A stretch of 64,000 bases of DNA from Octopus bimaculoides (taxonomy: Eukaryota): the NCBI RefSeq assembly GCF_001194135.2, contig NC_068985.1, forward strand, positions 39,918,319 to 39,982,318. The letters are read 5' to 3'. The notes below the pieces were generated by a model. That model saw nothing but the letters and a program-made list of their open reading frames with translations, did not search any database and was not told the DNA's origin. Shown one piece after another: positions 23,070 through 37,546 of the stretch (position 1 is its first letter; the number at the start of each line of letters is the position of its first letter). The position numbers and the translations under genes are program-made.

Positions 23070-25050
23070 TTAGACATATATAATTACAGAGGTATCAATT
23101 ACTGGACCAGGTCATGAAAGTTACAGAAGGAAGTCATAGCTCAACTACTTAGGAAGAGAGTAAGCTTAGATGAGATGCAATTAGGTTTTGTGGCTAGAAG
23201 CATCACTGATACTATATTCCTAGTAAGACGACTGCAGGAGAAGCATTAAAAAATAACCCTTTATACTTGGCTTTTGACAACATGGAGAAAGCCTTTGACA
23301 GGGTCCCCCACTCCCTTATTTGTTGGTCAATGTGAAAGCTAGGGATAGGCAAGTGGTTGGTGAGAGTTGTACAGGGATACATCAGTAAGATGAAATTAGA
23401 GAATGATTATAGCAAGGATCAGTTCTCAGCAACCCCTTGTTCATCATAGTTCTCCAGGCCATAACAGAAGAATTTAAGACTGTGTAGTGGAATGCAATGT
23501 TGATGCTTCAATGTAAGTTGTTGGGTGTAGCAGATGGTGCTAGGTGTGCTGGACTGGCGTCGAAGGAAAACAATGAAGAAATAATAGGAATGTAGTTTAC
23601 ATTATCTATTTGGTCACAGTTGCATTCACGTTTTGGATACTGAAAGCTTGATTTGAAATATGAATAAATATGCTGCTACATACTTCAAGTCGGCGAAGTT
23701 GTGTAAGCGGACAAATGTGCATAGTAAAACAGAGAGAATGTTGATGGGACAAGACAGTACAAAGACATACTTTGTGTCTGTGTGTGCGTTCGCCCATTGC
23801 CTGTCTCATTGCTCTGTCTTGTCTCACTCTGTTGACTCTCTGTTCTCTGCTGGCTCATTGCTGGTTAACTACCCATGTGTCTATGGAACTCATATTTATA
23901 ATGGCCCATTCTAGCTAGAAGGATGGATATACCATTATAACAGTGGCTTGTACCTATTTAGGTCACTTGTCCATCTGAACTTTCCGTGACACGGCCAGGT
24001 CAGAGGTCGAATGGAAACATCTATCACTTTAACAAGACAAAGGAATTTTCATGTCTGGTCAGCCAATAGTGGTGGATACAGTTTCAAATCTCAGCCTGGA
24101 AAATAAAATGTAGTTTCCATAACTGTCTGCCCTTAGGAGCTCTTCTACACTGGTAACTTTGCTCTTATGGCTGAATCATTACCAGGACTAGAGAAGAAAT
24201 TTCAAGGTCTGGAATCAAAGGAACTTAGGGTTAATTTAGTAAAGACCAAAGTCCTAATAAGCAGGATGGGCAGCAGACAAATTACTAATCTTTTCAGAGT
24301 AGAAATTCCATATGGTGCAGCCAGTGCAAGCTATGGACACATAATAGGTGCAGTGGTATTGCAGGAAGGTTAACAGAAAAGTAGTCTTTGTGTGTGGCAG
24401 ATGAGCAGGTGCAATAAACACTAAGAATGTACAGAAAATATACTTCCTCAAATGTCTGGTGGGATCATTAGAAGTAATAGATAGCTTCCACTACTTAGGC
24501 ATCCAAGTTAACAGTGGAGAAGGACACTCTGAAATGTAGTTGCTGGAATAAGAACAGGCTAGGTAAAGTTCAGAGAGCTATTACATTTGTTGATAACAAA
24601 AGGCCTCTGCCTCAGAGTGAAAGGCAGATTGTATGATACTTATGTAGAAACAGCTATGCTACATGTGGAACAAGGCTGTGGAACATGGGCTGTGACATAA
24701 GAAGATATGTGAAGGCCTGAAAGAACTGAAGCCACATGCTCCACTAGATGTACAATGTCAGTATGCTTATAATACAAAGAGTAAATATATTGAAAGAAAA
24801 TTGTGTATAAGAGTCATCAGATGAAGTGTGCAAGAAAGAAGTCTGTGCTTGTATGGTCATGTGATGCATAAGGATGAGGACTGCCTAAAGAAGTGCCTAT
24901 CTTTAATTGAGGAAAGAATTTGTGGAAGGAGTAGAGACAAGATGATGTGAGACAAAATAGTGAGAAATGATCTTAAAACTGCTGAGCCTCATATAGATGA
25001 CAAGTCCAAGATCTCTGACAATTTGCTGTGCTTAAGAAGACATGCCAGAG
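23070..25050 (+). mobile_element. degenerate RTE-clade LINE RT region, split by a solo LTR
   Basis: Fragments read NYRGI.LLDQVMKVT...LDEMQ.GFV...AFD.MEKAFDRVP, then after the insert C.ELFY...KGL.VNL.KTKV...GRLYD...W. Many stops and frameshifts. Confidence 0.8.
23483..24121 (+). mobile_element. solo LTR (about 639 bp) inserted into the RTE LINE
   Basis: Begins TGTAGTGG and ends ...TTTCCATA (ACA-like). Flanked by 4-bp duplication ACTG (23479-23482, 24122-24125) that rejoins RTE sequence AAGACTG|TCTGCCC. AATAAA near 24102. Confidence 0.65.
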
Positions 25051-25388
25051 CTGAATAAATTTGTGGCCATCCATACATACAGGCAAGTCCTTTACGATCA
25101 TGCCCCCCACCCCTACAAACCATCATCTCACTACCCATGATCATCACCCACTGCAGGCCCCTTCACTCTCCACCATGTACTTATCAGCACACTTTCCATG
25201 ATCTAATATATCTACTATTCCCCAGCCACTCCATTTTCTCTCACCATCATTTGCTACAGACATGTCTTCCCCATCTCTAAATGTCCCTCACACTCTTATA
25301 GAAAATCTTCTCCCACCCTTATCCCTTCTGTACTATCTATACTCCCCTCACCGTTCCCCCAATACATTTCCAGCATCATCCATTTACT

Positions 25389-25420
<32 letters not shown>

Positions 25421-25939
25421 ACTCACACACACACACACACACATTCTGACTGACTCTCTGAGTTACTCTATACTTTTGTAGGGTACAAATTAATTAATCA
25501 TATACAAGAATGTTGTTGACAGTGACTTTGAAGTTTCAGCCAGCTAAACCATTATCAGACTGCAATGCATTGGAGTTAATTTTGCCTTTAGAGAGTCTCT
25601 GTTGAGTTAAAGTCATCTTTGGGTGTGTGGGCTTGAGGGGTGGGTGATTGGTAATTAGATTTTTATGGAAAGGTGTTTTGAAAAAATTTATGTTGATTAA
25701 ATTTAGGGTTATGTTATTGTTCAGAATTTATTTATGCATGCAGGACTTTGTAAACAAACCAGTATTTTCCTTTTGTTAAATAAGTACAAGATGTGACAGT
25801 ATTTTTGTTGCTTTTGGTATAATGGGATTTAATCCTTTTGCTTTCACAATATTAAGGTCAGAGGCACAAAGGCAACCCATCCATCAGACTTATAAGTCCT
25901 TTGAAACTGGACATAGGCGTAATTAGTAAAAAAAAATCA

Positions 25940-26252
25940 TAGGTGCAGGAGTGGCTGTCTGGTAAGAAGCTTGCTTCCCAACTACATGGTTTTGGGTTCA
26001 GTCCTACTGTGTGGAACCTTGGGCAAGTATCTTCTACTATACCCTTGGGCCAACCAAAGCCTCATGGGTGGATTTGGTAGATGGAAACTGAAAGAAACCT
26101 GTCATGTGTGTGTGTGTGTGTATGTGTGTGTTTGTGTGTCTTTGTTTGTTCTCCCCACCATCACTTGACAACTGATGTTGGTGTGTTTTCGTCCCCATAA
26201 CATAGTGGTTCGGCAAAAGAGACCAACAGACTAAGTACTAGGCTTACAAAGA
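25940..26252 (+). mobile_element. SINE family A, 3'-truncated, CpG-decayed
   Basis: TAGGTGCAGGAGTGGCTGTCTGGTAAGAAGCTTGC head and CCTTGGGCAAGT box. Confidence 0.8.
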
Positions 26253-27559
26253 ACCACATTCAATAGCCCATTCTTCCATTCCAGTTTCAATAAATGAAAT
26301 TGTTTTATATCATATGAGTATCAAACTTAATAAAGTACTTCCTCATACTCTTGAGAATTAGTGTAGATATGAGGTCAAGTGGAATTCATATTATAGCCAT
26401 TGTTGATTGGGTTAATAAAGACTTCAGTAGTCAACTGTTGTACTTCAGTATATCTTGCTAGTCAATTAACACATAGCAAACATAGAGAGTATCTGAGGTT
26501 ATTTAAGGGAGTGGATTATGCCTGGGGTGGGGGACTGATTGAACTTTAGTTAGAGTAAGGTCTGTCAGCACTAATTCTTATGTCATTCAGCTCCACAAAA
26601 TTTCAAACATAATAAGTGAAGCATACTGTACTTAGTCTCAGTGTTTCGTGTTTCATAGCATGAAATGATTGAGGGAATTTATCTGTTTCTGACAACCAAG
26701 ATAACAATGCCACTTCATTACAGCCTGAAGGTTACCCAACTGTGAAATCAAATTATCCAACACAAAAGAAAAGAAGGAAAACCCATCCACCCACTCACAA
26801 TGGTGTATAAAAATAGTTGGAAATTTATGAAAAAAAAAAAAGGAAAAGAATAACAAAAAGTATAAAACAGAGCTTTACTTGTTGGCTTGTTTTGATGACA
26901 CCTGTTGTCATCGATGGTTGAGTTTAACCCTTTAGCATTCAGATTACTCTGTCAAATGTAATACTTACAAATGTTTTGAGTTAATCATGCATAATTTTGT
27001 ACTTTTGAGATTTTGATGATAGGATTGTTTACTTTTAGCTTAAAATTGTAGAGTAGGTGGCATAAGAGAGCACATTTGACCAGTTTGAACATAAAACAGA
27101 ATATTTTAGCTGGATATGGTCAGTTTAAATGCTAAAAAGTTAAAGTATATACTGGTTTAATTCTGTTATAAACCGATGTCCCTATCTAAGAAATGAGTGA
27201 CAGATGTCTTCTCAAAACAAAACCATTCTGCATTGTGAAAGTTTAGCTAAGCTATTAGACATCGATGAGGAAGTCATGGCCTTTGAAGCCCGTAATTGTT
27301 GCCTTCTGAAAGAAGTTTGTCTTTTGCATTTAAAAACAAAATCATTCTTGTTGATTACATAGTAGTATATATATTCTGTTAGCCTGTTGGTCGACAGTCT
27401 TAGAACATCGGATAGAATGTATTGCAACGTTTTTTCTAGATCTCTGCATTCTGTGTTCAAATCCTGTCAAGGTCAGCCTTGCCCTTAATCCTTTCAAGGT
27501 TGAATAATAAAGTACCACCCTAGTGCTGGTACAGCCCTCTCACCTACCTGTCACATTCT

Positions 27560-27610
27560 GGATATTTGACATGGTGGATATTTGACATGGTGGATATTTG
27601 ACATGGTGGA
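27560..27610. repeat. 16-bp tandem repeat GGATATTTGACATGGT x3
   Basis: Three perfect units plus GGA. Confidence 0.9.
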
Positions 27611-28189
27611 GACTGGAGAGCATAAATATTTCTAATAAGATTTTTGATGCTCACAACATTAGAGAACAAAAGGGAAAAGGGACTTGCTTTTAGTGGTGAG
27701 GGTGACTGGTTTTGTAGGATTCCCACGAGCAATCCTTGGAAGCCTCTCTTATTGGGGGAATTATTCATTGCTGGAATTTATTGTTCCCGTAATTCTTCCA
27801 TTTACGCACTCTTTAGGTAATCCCACATTGTATTGTCCCATAATAACCTCGATCTTTTCCTAAATCCTTAGTGATTCATAAAGTAAACATCATTATTGCT
27901 GTTGTTGTTGCTATTATTATTGGATAAAAGAAATTATCATTATTATTATTGTTATTTATCATTATTATTTTATTATTATTGTTATTTTTATTCATTTACT
28001 GTTACTTAGATTGACTGCAATAAGCAAACAATAAAATGATGCCAACAAAAGTTTGAACTACTGACCTCTGAGGTAGTTAAGTTGACACTCCTAGCTACTT
28101 TGCCATACTGCACCGTGTAATTTCATGTAATTATTCCAACCTCCAACAACTCCATACCATGCCTTTCTCCCTTATTTCTCTACCCCTCT

Positions 28190-28443
28190 GTTTGTACTCA
28201 ACCTATTTCTCCCTCCCTCTCTCATTTCTTTCTGCTTCCCATGTTTTACCTTTTGATTGTTCTTTCAATTTTTTTCTTCCCCTCTCTTTTTTTTTTACTA
28301 ACTCTCTCTCCCACCTGTTTCTCTTTCTTTTCGGTAGTCTCCCTCACTCTCTTTTCTTTTTCTCTCCTTCTCTCTCTATCTATCGGTCTGTCTATCTATC
28401 TATTTTTCTCTCCCCACGTCTTTTTTCTCTATCTCTCTTTTCA

Positions 28444-28486
<43 letters not shown>

Positions 28487-28545
28487 CATTCAGTTTCACC
28501 CTCCCCACTCTCTCTCTCTCTTTCACCACGTTCTCTCTCCCACTC
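28190..28545. repeat. CT-rich low-complexity tract / (CT)n
   Basis: Polypyrimidine run. Source of the S/L/F-rich ORFs. Confidence 0.9.
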
Positions 28546-28828
28546 TGTCCAATTCAACCAGTCATAAAAAGAGTTTAATGGCCCATTTGTACTGAGGTTC
28601 AATTTATTTAGCTTAAACAGTTTAATTTGGTCAAAGTTGACACCAAACTTTCGTTTATAATTATCTAAAATTCTCTCATCAAAAACCCCAATTAATATCA
28701 AAAGATGCTTTCTCTTAGTTCAAGCATACAATATGTGCATGTCTGCATACACACAAATGCATATACATATAGTTATACAGTTGTAAAAGACAGACAGACA
28801 GACACACACACACACACACATATACATG

Positions 28829-28876
<48 letters not shown>

Positions 28877-29730
28877 NNNNNNNNNNNNNNNNNNNNNNNN
28901 NNNNNNNNNNNNNNNNNNNNNNNNNNNNNNNNNNNNNNNNNNNNNNNNNNNNNNNNNNNNNNNNNNNNNNNNNNNNNNNNNNNNNNNNNNNNNNNNNNNN
29001 NNNNNNNNNNNNNNNNNNNNNNNNNNNNNNNNNNNNNNNNNNNNNNNNNNNNNNNNNNNNNNNNNNNNNNNNNNNNNNNNNNNNNNNNNNNNNNNNNNNN
29101 NNNNNNNNNNNNNNNNNTTCTCTTTTTGTCTTCTGCAGTTTTATTTTTGGATCTTCTATGTATATGAAGAATTTTCCTCCGTCTGGCTGTTTGTCTCTCT
29201 ACAAAACGGAAAGTTGCATTATGGAACAGTCATTTTAACGAGATTTTTTATTTATTTATCACCCGACGAGATACGTCTGCACCACCGGATACTCCTGGAC
29301 CAGTTTTTGTGTGTCCCACAAGAGGAGTTGATGCTAGATGTGTCGAAACAATTGTTGTGATTAATAATATATTCTCGTATATTCCATCTTCTGTCTTTCA
29401 TTTGTTATATATAATGTGTGTGTGTGTGTGTGTGTGTGTACAAAATATTTAACATACCTGCATAATGCAAACACACACATAGCTACATGGCTATATATAC
29501 ACATACATACAATTACAAGTACACACATACATATTCTTTTATTCTTTAATTTGTCCCAATCATTGGGATGCAACCATGCTAGGACATCTAGAAGAGTTAG
29601 CTGACTAAATCAACTCCAGTACTTACTTTATGAGTATCTGTTTGTTAAACTTCTAAGTTATGAGGATGCAAGGAAGTCAATGATCGTTGTCAGGTAGTGA
29701 GAGACAAATACCAAAACACACACACACATG

Positions 29731-29792
<62 letters not shown>

Positions 29793-30051
29793 NNNNNNNN
29801 NNNNNNNNNNNNNNNNNNNNNNNNNNNNNNNNNNNNNNNNNNNNNNNNNNNNNNNNNNNNNNNNNNNNNNNNNNNNNNNNNNNNNNNNNNNNNNNNNNNN
29901 NNNNNNNNNNNNNNNNNNNNNNNNNNNNNNNNNNNNNNNNNNNNNNNNNNNNNNNNNNNNNNNNNNNNNNNNNNNNNNNNNNNNNNNNNNNNNNNNNNNN
30001 NNNNNNNNNNNNNNNNNNNNNNNNNNNNNNNNNNNNNNNNNNNNNNNNNNN

Positions 30052-30173
30052 AACTACGTTAAGGGTACACGTATCTGTGGAGTGCTCAGCCACTTGCATG
30101 TTAATTTCACGACCAGGCTGTTCCGTTGATTGGATCAACTGGAACCCTCGACGTCGTAAGCGACAGAGTGCCA

Positions 30174-30175
<2 letters not shown>
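30052..30175 (+). mobile_element. SINE family C, 3' part after N gap
   Basis: AACTACGTTAAGGGTACAC...GTCGTAAGCGACAGAGTGCCAAC matches 8541-8660. Confidence 0.85.
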
Positions 30176-30206
<31 letters not shown>

Positions 30207-31063
30207 CACATCCATCCATACGTGTGTGCTCATACACACATACAGACATACATACATGTGTACACACACACACACACATTGCCAGTAGTTGATATATCTG
30301 AAAAAAAAAAGCACACCCTAAAGCAGTAGTTTCGAAACTTTTTCAGGCCACTGCCTCCTTGGAACCCATACCTCATTCCTAGTGCCCTATACCCCTCCAT
30401 ACCACAAACATAAACCATTTTTTGAAGCAAATTCAAAACAACTGTATTTCACAAATAAAGCTTAACCAAATTAACCCATTATTTGGGGGGGGAGTACATC
30501 TATCACCCCCTTTTTGCCACCCCGTTATCACTCCACTTCTCTTAAACCTCCCCTTCCCCACCCAATGGATCTTCCACACATCCCTCACCAAGAGGGCAGT
30601 ACCTCCCACTGGATCTTTCATGCACCCCTCGCCAAGACAGCAGTACCTCCCACTGCTTTAAAGAACTAGAGCAGTAATATATTTTTTATGAATTTAAATG
30701 TGTTGTGGCCAGTCAGAGAGTGACCATTGGTGTGGCAACTATAAAGTGCTTAGCAGTATAGGTGACTCATCAGACTCAATGGCCATAACATTTAACTTCC
30801 TAAAATATATATAGTTAGAAAGATAGAGAGAGAGAGAAAGAGAGAGAGCACATACATCAAACATAATTTTTTAGCACGTGTCATTTCTAGCTTTAAATTC
30901 ATTTGATTGTGCATTTACACTGATTTATTGAAACTAGTTTCCTCATTTTGGCTGTTATAAGTCACAATGTTTCACCATTGTATCCTGCAGCCCTTTGAAG
31001 TACCTGATATCTCCAGTTATACATAGCATACATGCGTGCATGCATATGTATGTATGTACGTAC

Positions 31064-31094
<31 letters not shown>

Positions 31095-31722
31095 TGTATG
31101 TACGTACGTATTCATTAGGTTTGGAATGAATCTTATGTCCAACATTAATGCCAGAGCTATCACCTTATTAAATAACTGGTTATTCTTCTGATCATATTTA
31201 CTGAAAAACAACTATTATACTAAGATTTTTCTACAAACAACATAGCTGGATTGGACAATTTGAACAACAATGTTGAAGAATCAATATATCAAAAAAAAAA
31301 AAAAAATTCTAGAAAAGTAAACAAAATCTTTTTAGTTGCTTGCTATGGGAAAAACCAGAACTATAAAGTGCTTATTTCTTTGACTTATGAAATTCATAAT
31401 GACTCAAGTTAATTATTATAAAACAGCAATGCAAGATTTATCTGTTGGTTATATGAAAAGAATGAAAGCATACTGCAATGAACAACAGTTTGAGCTAAAT
31501 TACTTTATGGCAAAGCAATTATACCAACAAGGAACATTTGTCAAACCCAAGAGGGAAGTCAATGACTGTAATTTATTCTGAAAAGTGATGTATAATTTTA
31601 TCCTCCAAAATGTAAACACTATACAAATTATAACCACTCAAACATTTTTCCTTGAACAGACATTGCTTTCAACAACATTGGTATTATGTGTTACAACAGA
31701 CCAAGTTTCTATTGTTGTGTTA

Positions 31723-32075
31723 CCTTGCAGCTAGGTTGGACATCCTACAGCTGCTATGATACCTCATGGTCAGGTTGACTGCCCTACATCTACTATGTTA
31801 CCTTGTGGTCAGGCTGACTGGCCTATACCTTCTATGTTACCTTACGGTTAAGTTGACCACCTTACAGCTGCTATGCTACCTTGCAGTCAGGCTGACCATC
31901 CTGCAGCTGCAATGTTACCTTGCAGTCAGGCTGACCGCCCTACAGCTGCTATGCTACCTTGCAGTTAGATTAACCATCCTACTGCTGCTATATTATTCCT
32001 CATTCAGGCTGACCATCCTACAGCTGCTGCTATGTTACTTTGCAGCCAGGCTGATCATCAACTATATGCTGTCAG
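31723..32075 (+). repeat. 39-bp minisatellite, about 9 diverged units (open frame LAVRLTILQLLCY)
   Basis: Unit consensus CCTTGCAGTCAGGCTGACCATCCTACAGCTGCTATGTTA, starting at 31723, 31762, 31801, 31840, 31879, 31918, 31957 and onward. Confidence 0.9.
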
Positions 32076-35000
32076 TGAGTCTAATAATGGCAACAATGAC
32101 AATAAAATATGCAGTATGAGTTGGAAGAGGGAGGAGCATAAACAAATGAAATTTCAAAAAAAGATTAGGACAAGAAGACAGCTTGGTAAAGGGGGCATGC
32201 AACTAGCTAGCTCAGAAGTGTAAGGTGGGGGCATTGTTGTAGCAACAGACAAGACACAAGAAGAAATTGCACTTTAGTGAGGCAATAGTTGAAGTGCATT
32301 GATGAGTGAATTATAGCCAGTCAAATGAATTTCCATTTTTGGATGTAGTGTATATGTATGCAAATGTAACATTAGCATCATATATGTGAGTAGTACTTCA
32401 GTGTGAGTCTTACTTTAGCACTGCATTAAGTCAGCAACTGATTAAGGCTGAAGTATTTTGTGACTTTGAAGAAGAATCTTAGCCTTAGTAAAACAGTCAC
32501 TATGAGAGATAATCAGATACCACAAAAGCTAGCACTTCTTTTGATGTTAATGGTTTTGATAATGTGCTGTTCATGACTAAAGACAATGAGTGACAAAACA
32601 TTTTCATTGATACATGTAGTTATTGAGTCTTGATGTTGTTGAAGGAGACAAGGCTGTCATATCCCCATTAAAGTATGTTCTCAGGGTCTCTGATCATGGA
32701 GGTTGTATGGAGACATTACTGAAACTTGCAAACATCAGCCATCATAAAGATTGAGTCCCAGTGGATTTTATTGGCACATGCTGCAATCTGGCAGGAAGCT
32801 TCTAATTCAAGAAATAGAAGAAATGTGTATACCTTAGAAGTGTTGATATGAAGTTCTAAAAGAAATATTCCTTTTACTAAAGTTCTCATTGATATATGAG
32901 AACAAGTTTTTAGAAGATCTGGTTTTATGAAAGTCATACTAACGGCCACTGAAGAGGTAGATAAACTAAATGTGATGAAGAAGGGGAGTATTAACACTTT
33001 TAAATCATTGAAAGTAAAAGTAGTAAATCAGTAATTGATAGGGACAAACTGGTTGCTTTTTTTTGTGGGATAGGACATTGTACAGTGTTTCCAAATATTG
33101 GGATGCATTCCTATAAAGTCAGGGAGACAGACACAAAGAGTGAGTGAGAGACAGAGACAGACAGATTGACAAGTTTGGTAAAGGCATCAGCTAATTCTGG
33201 ACTGCATTGTTTGAAGGTGATAGAAGGGGTGTTGTAAAGTTAGATCACTCTTTTGTGATTGGTTTGTCCTTAGTTTTGTGCAGCAGTAAAATTGTGTGAG
33301 TAGAGTTTACTTTTTATGTAATAGCAAATACTACCTTGAAACAATAGAATAGATTTGAAAACATCATGTGACAAGCAATTGTATATTTATGAAGTCAGTA
33401 CTCTAAAGTTTAAATCTATCAAGTTGCATCTTATTTCCCAGAATAAGAATAATTGTTCCTGTAGAAATAATGAAGATGACAGAGTAGTGGATATCTGATA
33501 TACCAATTTGTTGAAACAAAAGATTTGAATTATAAAGTGGTGAAATAGGAATCTGTAATGTTTAGGAGGAAGAACATTTCAGATTTGTGTTATTTAATGT
33601 TATTTCCGAATACCACATCTAGATACACTACAATGAATAAAAGATATTTTGGTCACAGATGAAAATCTTTAGTCATAGGTCTGCTTTACCAGAGTTGACT
33701 TTGGACTAAACAACAGCAAGATATTTTACACTAGCATAAAGATTTTGGTTTTTACATCAAAGAAAGAAAATGACACAAGCTGAAATGTGTGTATGTGTGT
33801 GTGTAACATCCATACTAACGTATGTTATATTTAAATGTTGGTAGAAAACATTGAAAGTATTACAAAATAACAATTTACTGCATAAATCATATTTATTGGA
33901 ATATCATTGATTCACTGAAGAAAGTTTTCAGGGTCTACTTGATGGTAGAAACTGCCGAACTGTCTTGATATACAACCAGTGTCCCTCTACTTGGTTTGGA
34001 GTAAGCATTTGTGAATGATCAACTGTTGCTCAAGTGTTGGAATGAGTGTAAAAATATTTCCAAGTTCAAATCTGACCCAGGTTGATTCAGTTATTCATTT
34101 TTCTTCAAAAATGGTACAATATAAAAATTATATAATAATTCAAGATGAATAAAGTCAGACATAGTTTAAGGACAAGCAAGAGTTCAAATCTTAACAAGGT
34201 TGATTTAATGGTTCATTTCTTCAGAAGATGAGGGTTTGGAATGATAATATAGGAACTGGCAGTGCTTATATGAACAGCATATATGTTGACTTATTTAGAG
34301 ATTTGTGGGGTTTTTTCTGCTGAATGCTTGATTGGCTATCATATTCATTTACCACCATAGATTCATTTAACAAAATAGAGTGAGTTCTTCAAAAATTCTT
34401 TACAAAAATCACAACACATACCACAGAGGGAGCGTCTGTATAGTTACTTGACATTCTGAATATAGCAACCAAATCTCTCTTACTAAATTTGTTCCCCACT
34501 TTATATCCATAGGATATGAACCAAAAGAGCCAGTAAGGTAACTCCTATGTAGTTGGTTGATTGCTCAATGTAGCAGTAACATTTTTTCAACATGAACTCC
34601 ATATTGTTTTTAAAATACAAACCACTAGTTGCTTGAAGTAGTAACTTTTAGAACAATATATTTACAATAGAGATGGAAAGATTGCCCACAGCTAAAAATG
34701 CAGATCAAATGCTTTATTTGATCAACAATCTAGTTCTATATCGGCTCATACAGAATTGACCAGAGTTACTTAACAACAATGATAACGACCACACTTATGA
34801 CAATGACAATACCAACATAAAAACAAATAATAACAGGTTCTATAGTTGACTGGAATGTTACATTGTTGTCAGCTTGAGTTAGTAATTCCAAGGTTAAAAT
34901 GTAAGACACTCTTGAGGTTCATTTGAAACCAGTGGATTAAGGTCCCAATGATATACATTTCTTTCTGATATCAGTAGAATTTACTTTATTTACAAGAAGT

Positions 35001-36442
35001 CAGTAGAAATGGTAGAAAAAATATAAATAAAACGTTTTACTTTTGAAAGTTGTCTAAGAATTAATATAGCGATTTGTAAAACAGATGAAAAGAACTAGTA
35101 TGGCTCCACAAAAAAATGAATAACCAAGAAAGGGTATCACACAGTTTGTAGGAAGACAGGGAAAATGGTAAGTCTTCTTCTTTTTAAGAGGAAGATAGGA
35201 ATAATGGCTGGTTAAATGAGTGAGAATATTACAATTTCAAGAAGAATGAGTTGGAAGATAGTTATTTTGAGAGTAAAAAAAAATTTAAAAAAAAAAAGAA
35301 GAATCTGCTGCAGAAACAACTGAAAGACTCTTATATATGAGTGAGGTGTCTTAAGTTGAAAACTTGCAATAAAAAAATTGGTCAAAATGTTTTTACAAAT
35401 TAGGGAATGATGAGGGAATGTATGAGAAATTTAAAACTTAGAATCATTTCATTCTTTCTATTGTCAAATGTTTATATAATCATCTATTTTGTATCAGAGA
35501 TTTTTAAACAAACAAAAATATTTTTAAAAATAGGTAAATAATTTTTTTAATATTAAATCAACAATTAAATATATCAAAAAATTATCCTTCATTAAAATGT
35601 TCCTAGAAACAACAGAAACAGTAACAATGCCTTTTTTCTCAAGTTCCCTTCTCTCCTGTTGATTTTATATGGTAGTCAAAGTTTCTTATCAATTTGTTGT
35701 AGTTACTGTGACTCTTTTTTAAAAAAATTAATTTTATACTAAATATAAAATAAAAATCTTTGACCAAGTCAAACTTAGAAATAGTACTGAAGCCTTGTAA
35801 TTCAGTGGAATGGTTTGCTGTGGATATTTGGTATCAGTTATCATTTTACTGGTATAAAATATCTGCAAGAAGAAATATAAATATAAACAATTTAAAACCA
35901 TTTCTCCTGATAATATATGGAAAGAAAAAGCAAGGTTTAATACAAATATATGGCAAGCGCACATAGCAAGATCTGTAGAGTGCTGGGAAGACAGCACCTT
36001 TCCCCTCCAGGTTCACTTTCCCTTTCATTTTTCTCAAGTCAAATAAATTAGTTCTAATGACCAAAGCAAACTCTTAGAATAGTATTCAACAAAAAATTAG
36101 CAACTTCCCAGGAGAGGAGGGTGAAAGTTCACAAGATCCAGAATAGTAGAATTGGTTCTATACTACTATGCTGCAAATTATGTGTGTCCAGTATGAACAA
36201 AATCTTTTAGGTCTCTGCACAGCATTCTCAATGAAACATATTGATATATAGCTAGTTGTCTTTGGACCACTAACATGAATAATCTTTATCTGTGGCTAGC
36301 ATTGCTCCACTTGGATATTAGGAGGGTAGTTTCCAGCAAAGCTGAAAAACAAAAGTAGTAGAAGGTTGATGATGAAAGATCATATCTTAGGGAACAAATA
36401 TGAAGAATAAAATAGAGCAAAAGTTTCATAATATCTACTGTT

Positions 36443-36790
36443 GCAGTAAAAGGGTAAAGACCCCCTTCAGTCATGAATGACTATGGGATTGCACCTAGAA
36501 AGTTACCCGCCAAGGCACAAGTCCAGGCAACGTGGTTTATGGAAGACCAGCAGTCGCCCATGCATACCAGATTCCCCTCTCCATGCCACTGATGTTATCC
36601 AAGGGAAAGGTAAAAGCCAATATAGCTTGGCACCAGTGACATCACAACTCATTTCTACAGCTGAGTGAACTGGAGCAACATGAAATAAAGTGTCTTGCTC
36701 AAGAACACAACACACAGCCCGGTCCAGGAATCAAACTCACTACCTCATGATTGTGAGCCTGATGCTCTAACCACTGAGTTATGTGCCTTC
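36443..36790 (-). mobile_element. tRNA-derived SINE, family E (CORE-like TTGTGTTCTTGAGCAAGACACTTT box)
   Basis: Minus-strand head GTGAAGGCACATAACTCAGTGGTTAGAGC...GAGTTTGATTCC and a TTTACC-type tail. Confidence 0.7.
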
Positions 36791-37432
36791 ACTGTTGCAG
36801 TAGATGTTTCAAACAAGTCCACTGATATAATATTCAGGAAGGAAAGATCAAAAAGTATTCCAGATATGAAGACAAAACAAGCAGAAAATATGTCAAACAT
36901 GGCCTGGCCGAATTCACTCTGTGTTGCAGTCGGAGAATCCTTTTTGTGAAAATGAAAATCTGATGAGCATGCATCACTTGTCTGTACTCTAGGTATAACA
37001 GCCCACCAGCGTGAAAATTTTCACACATGCACAGGAAAGATGGCTTCATTTTCCACCTAAGGGATTTTACCCGCACCTTGTATGTATGTATATTTGATGC
37101 ACTACCATTAAGTTACTGTCTACCAATTTCACTCACAAGATATTGGTTGGCCTGAAGTCACAGCAAAAGATATTTGCTCTGAGTATGTAGTATGTATGCA
37201 TGCTTGTGTGTGTGTATACGTATGTATATACATAAATACACAAGTGCACATGCACGCATGTGCATGCGCACACACTCACGCACCAACAGTAGCAATAACA
37301 ACAACAGTGCTGCCACTACTGCCACTGTCACCATCACCATCATCATCATCGTCATCATCAGGGTTATAAATTATTGTCCTTATATTTCTGTGTAATATAT
37401 GTATGCAACATTTCTTGTGAAATGTATGTGTT

Positions 37433-37474
<42 letters not shown>

Positions 37475-37546
37475 ACTTGGGGATGGTCATATTGCCAGTT
37501 TAGCCAATAAAAACACACGCACTGTATATTTGGTGTTAATTTGCTT

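Noticed and set aside
31723-32075. CRISPR-like array (also 27560-27610, 50970-51039)
   Set aside because: Units are contiguous tandem repeats with no unique spacers, there are no cas genes, and the context is eukaryotic.
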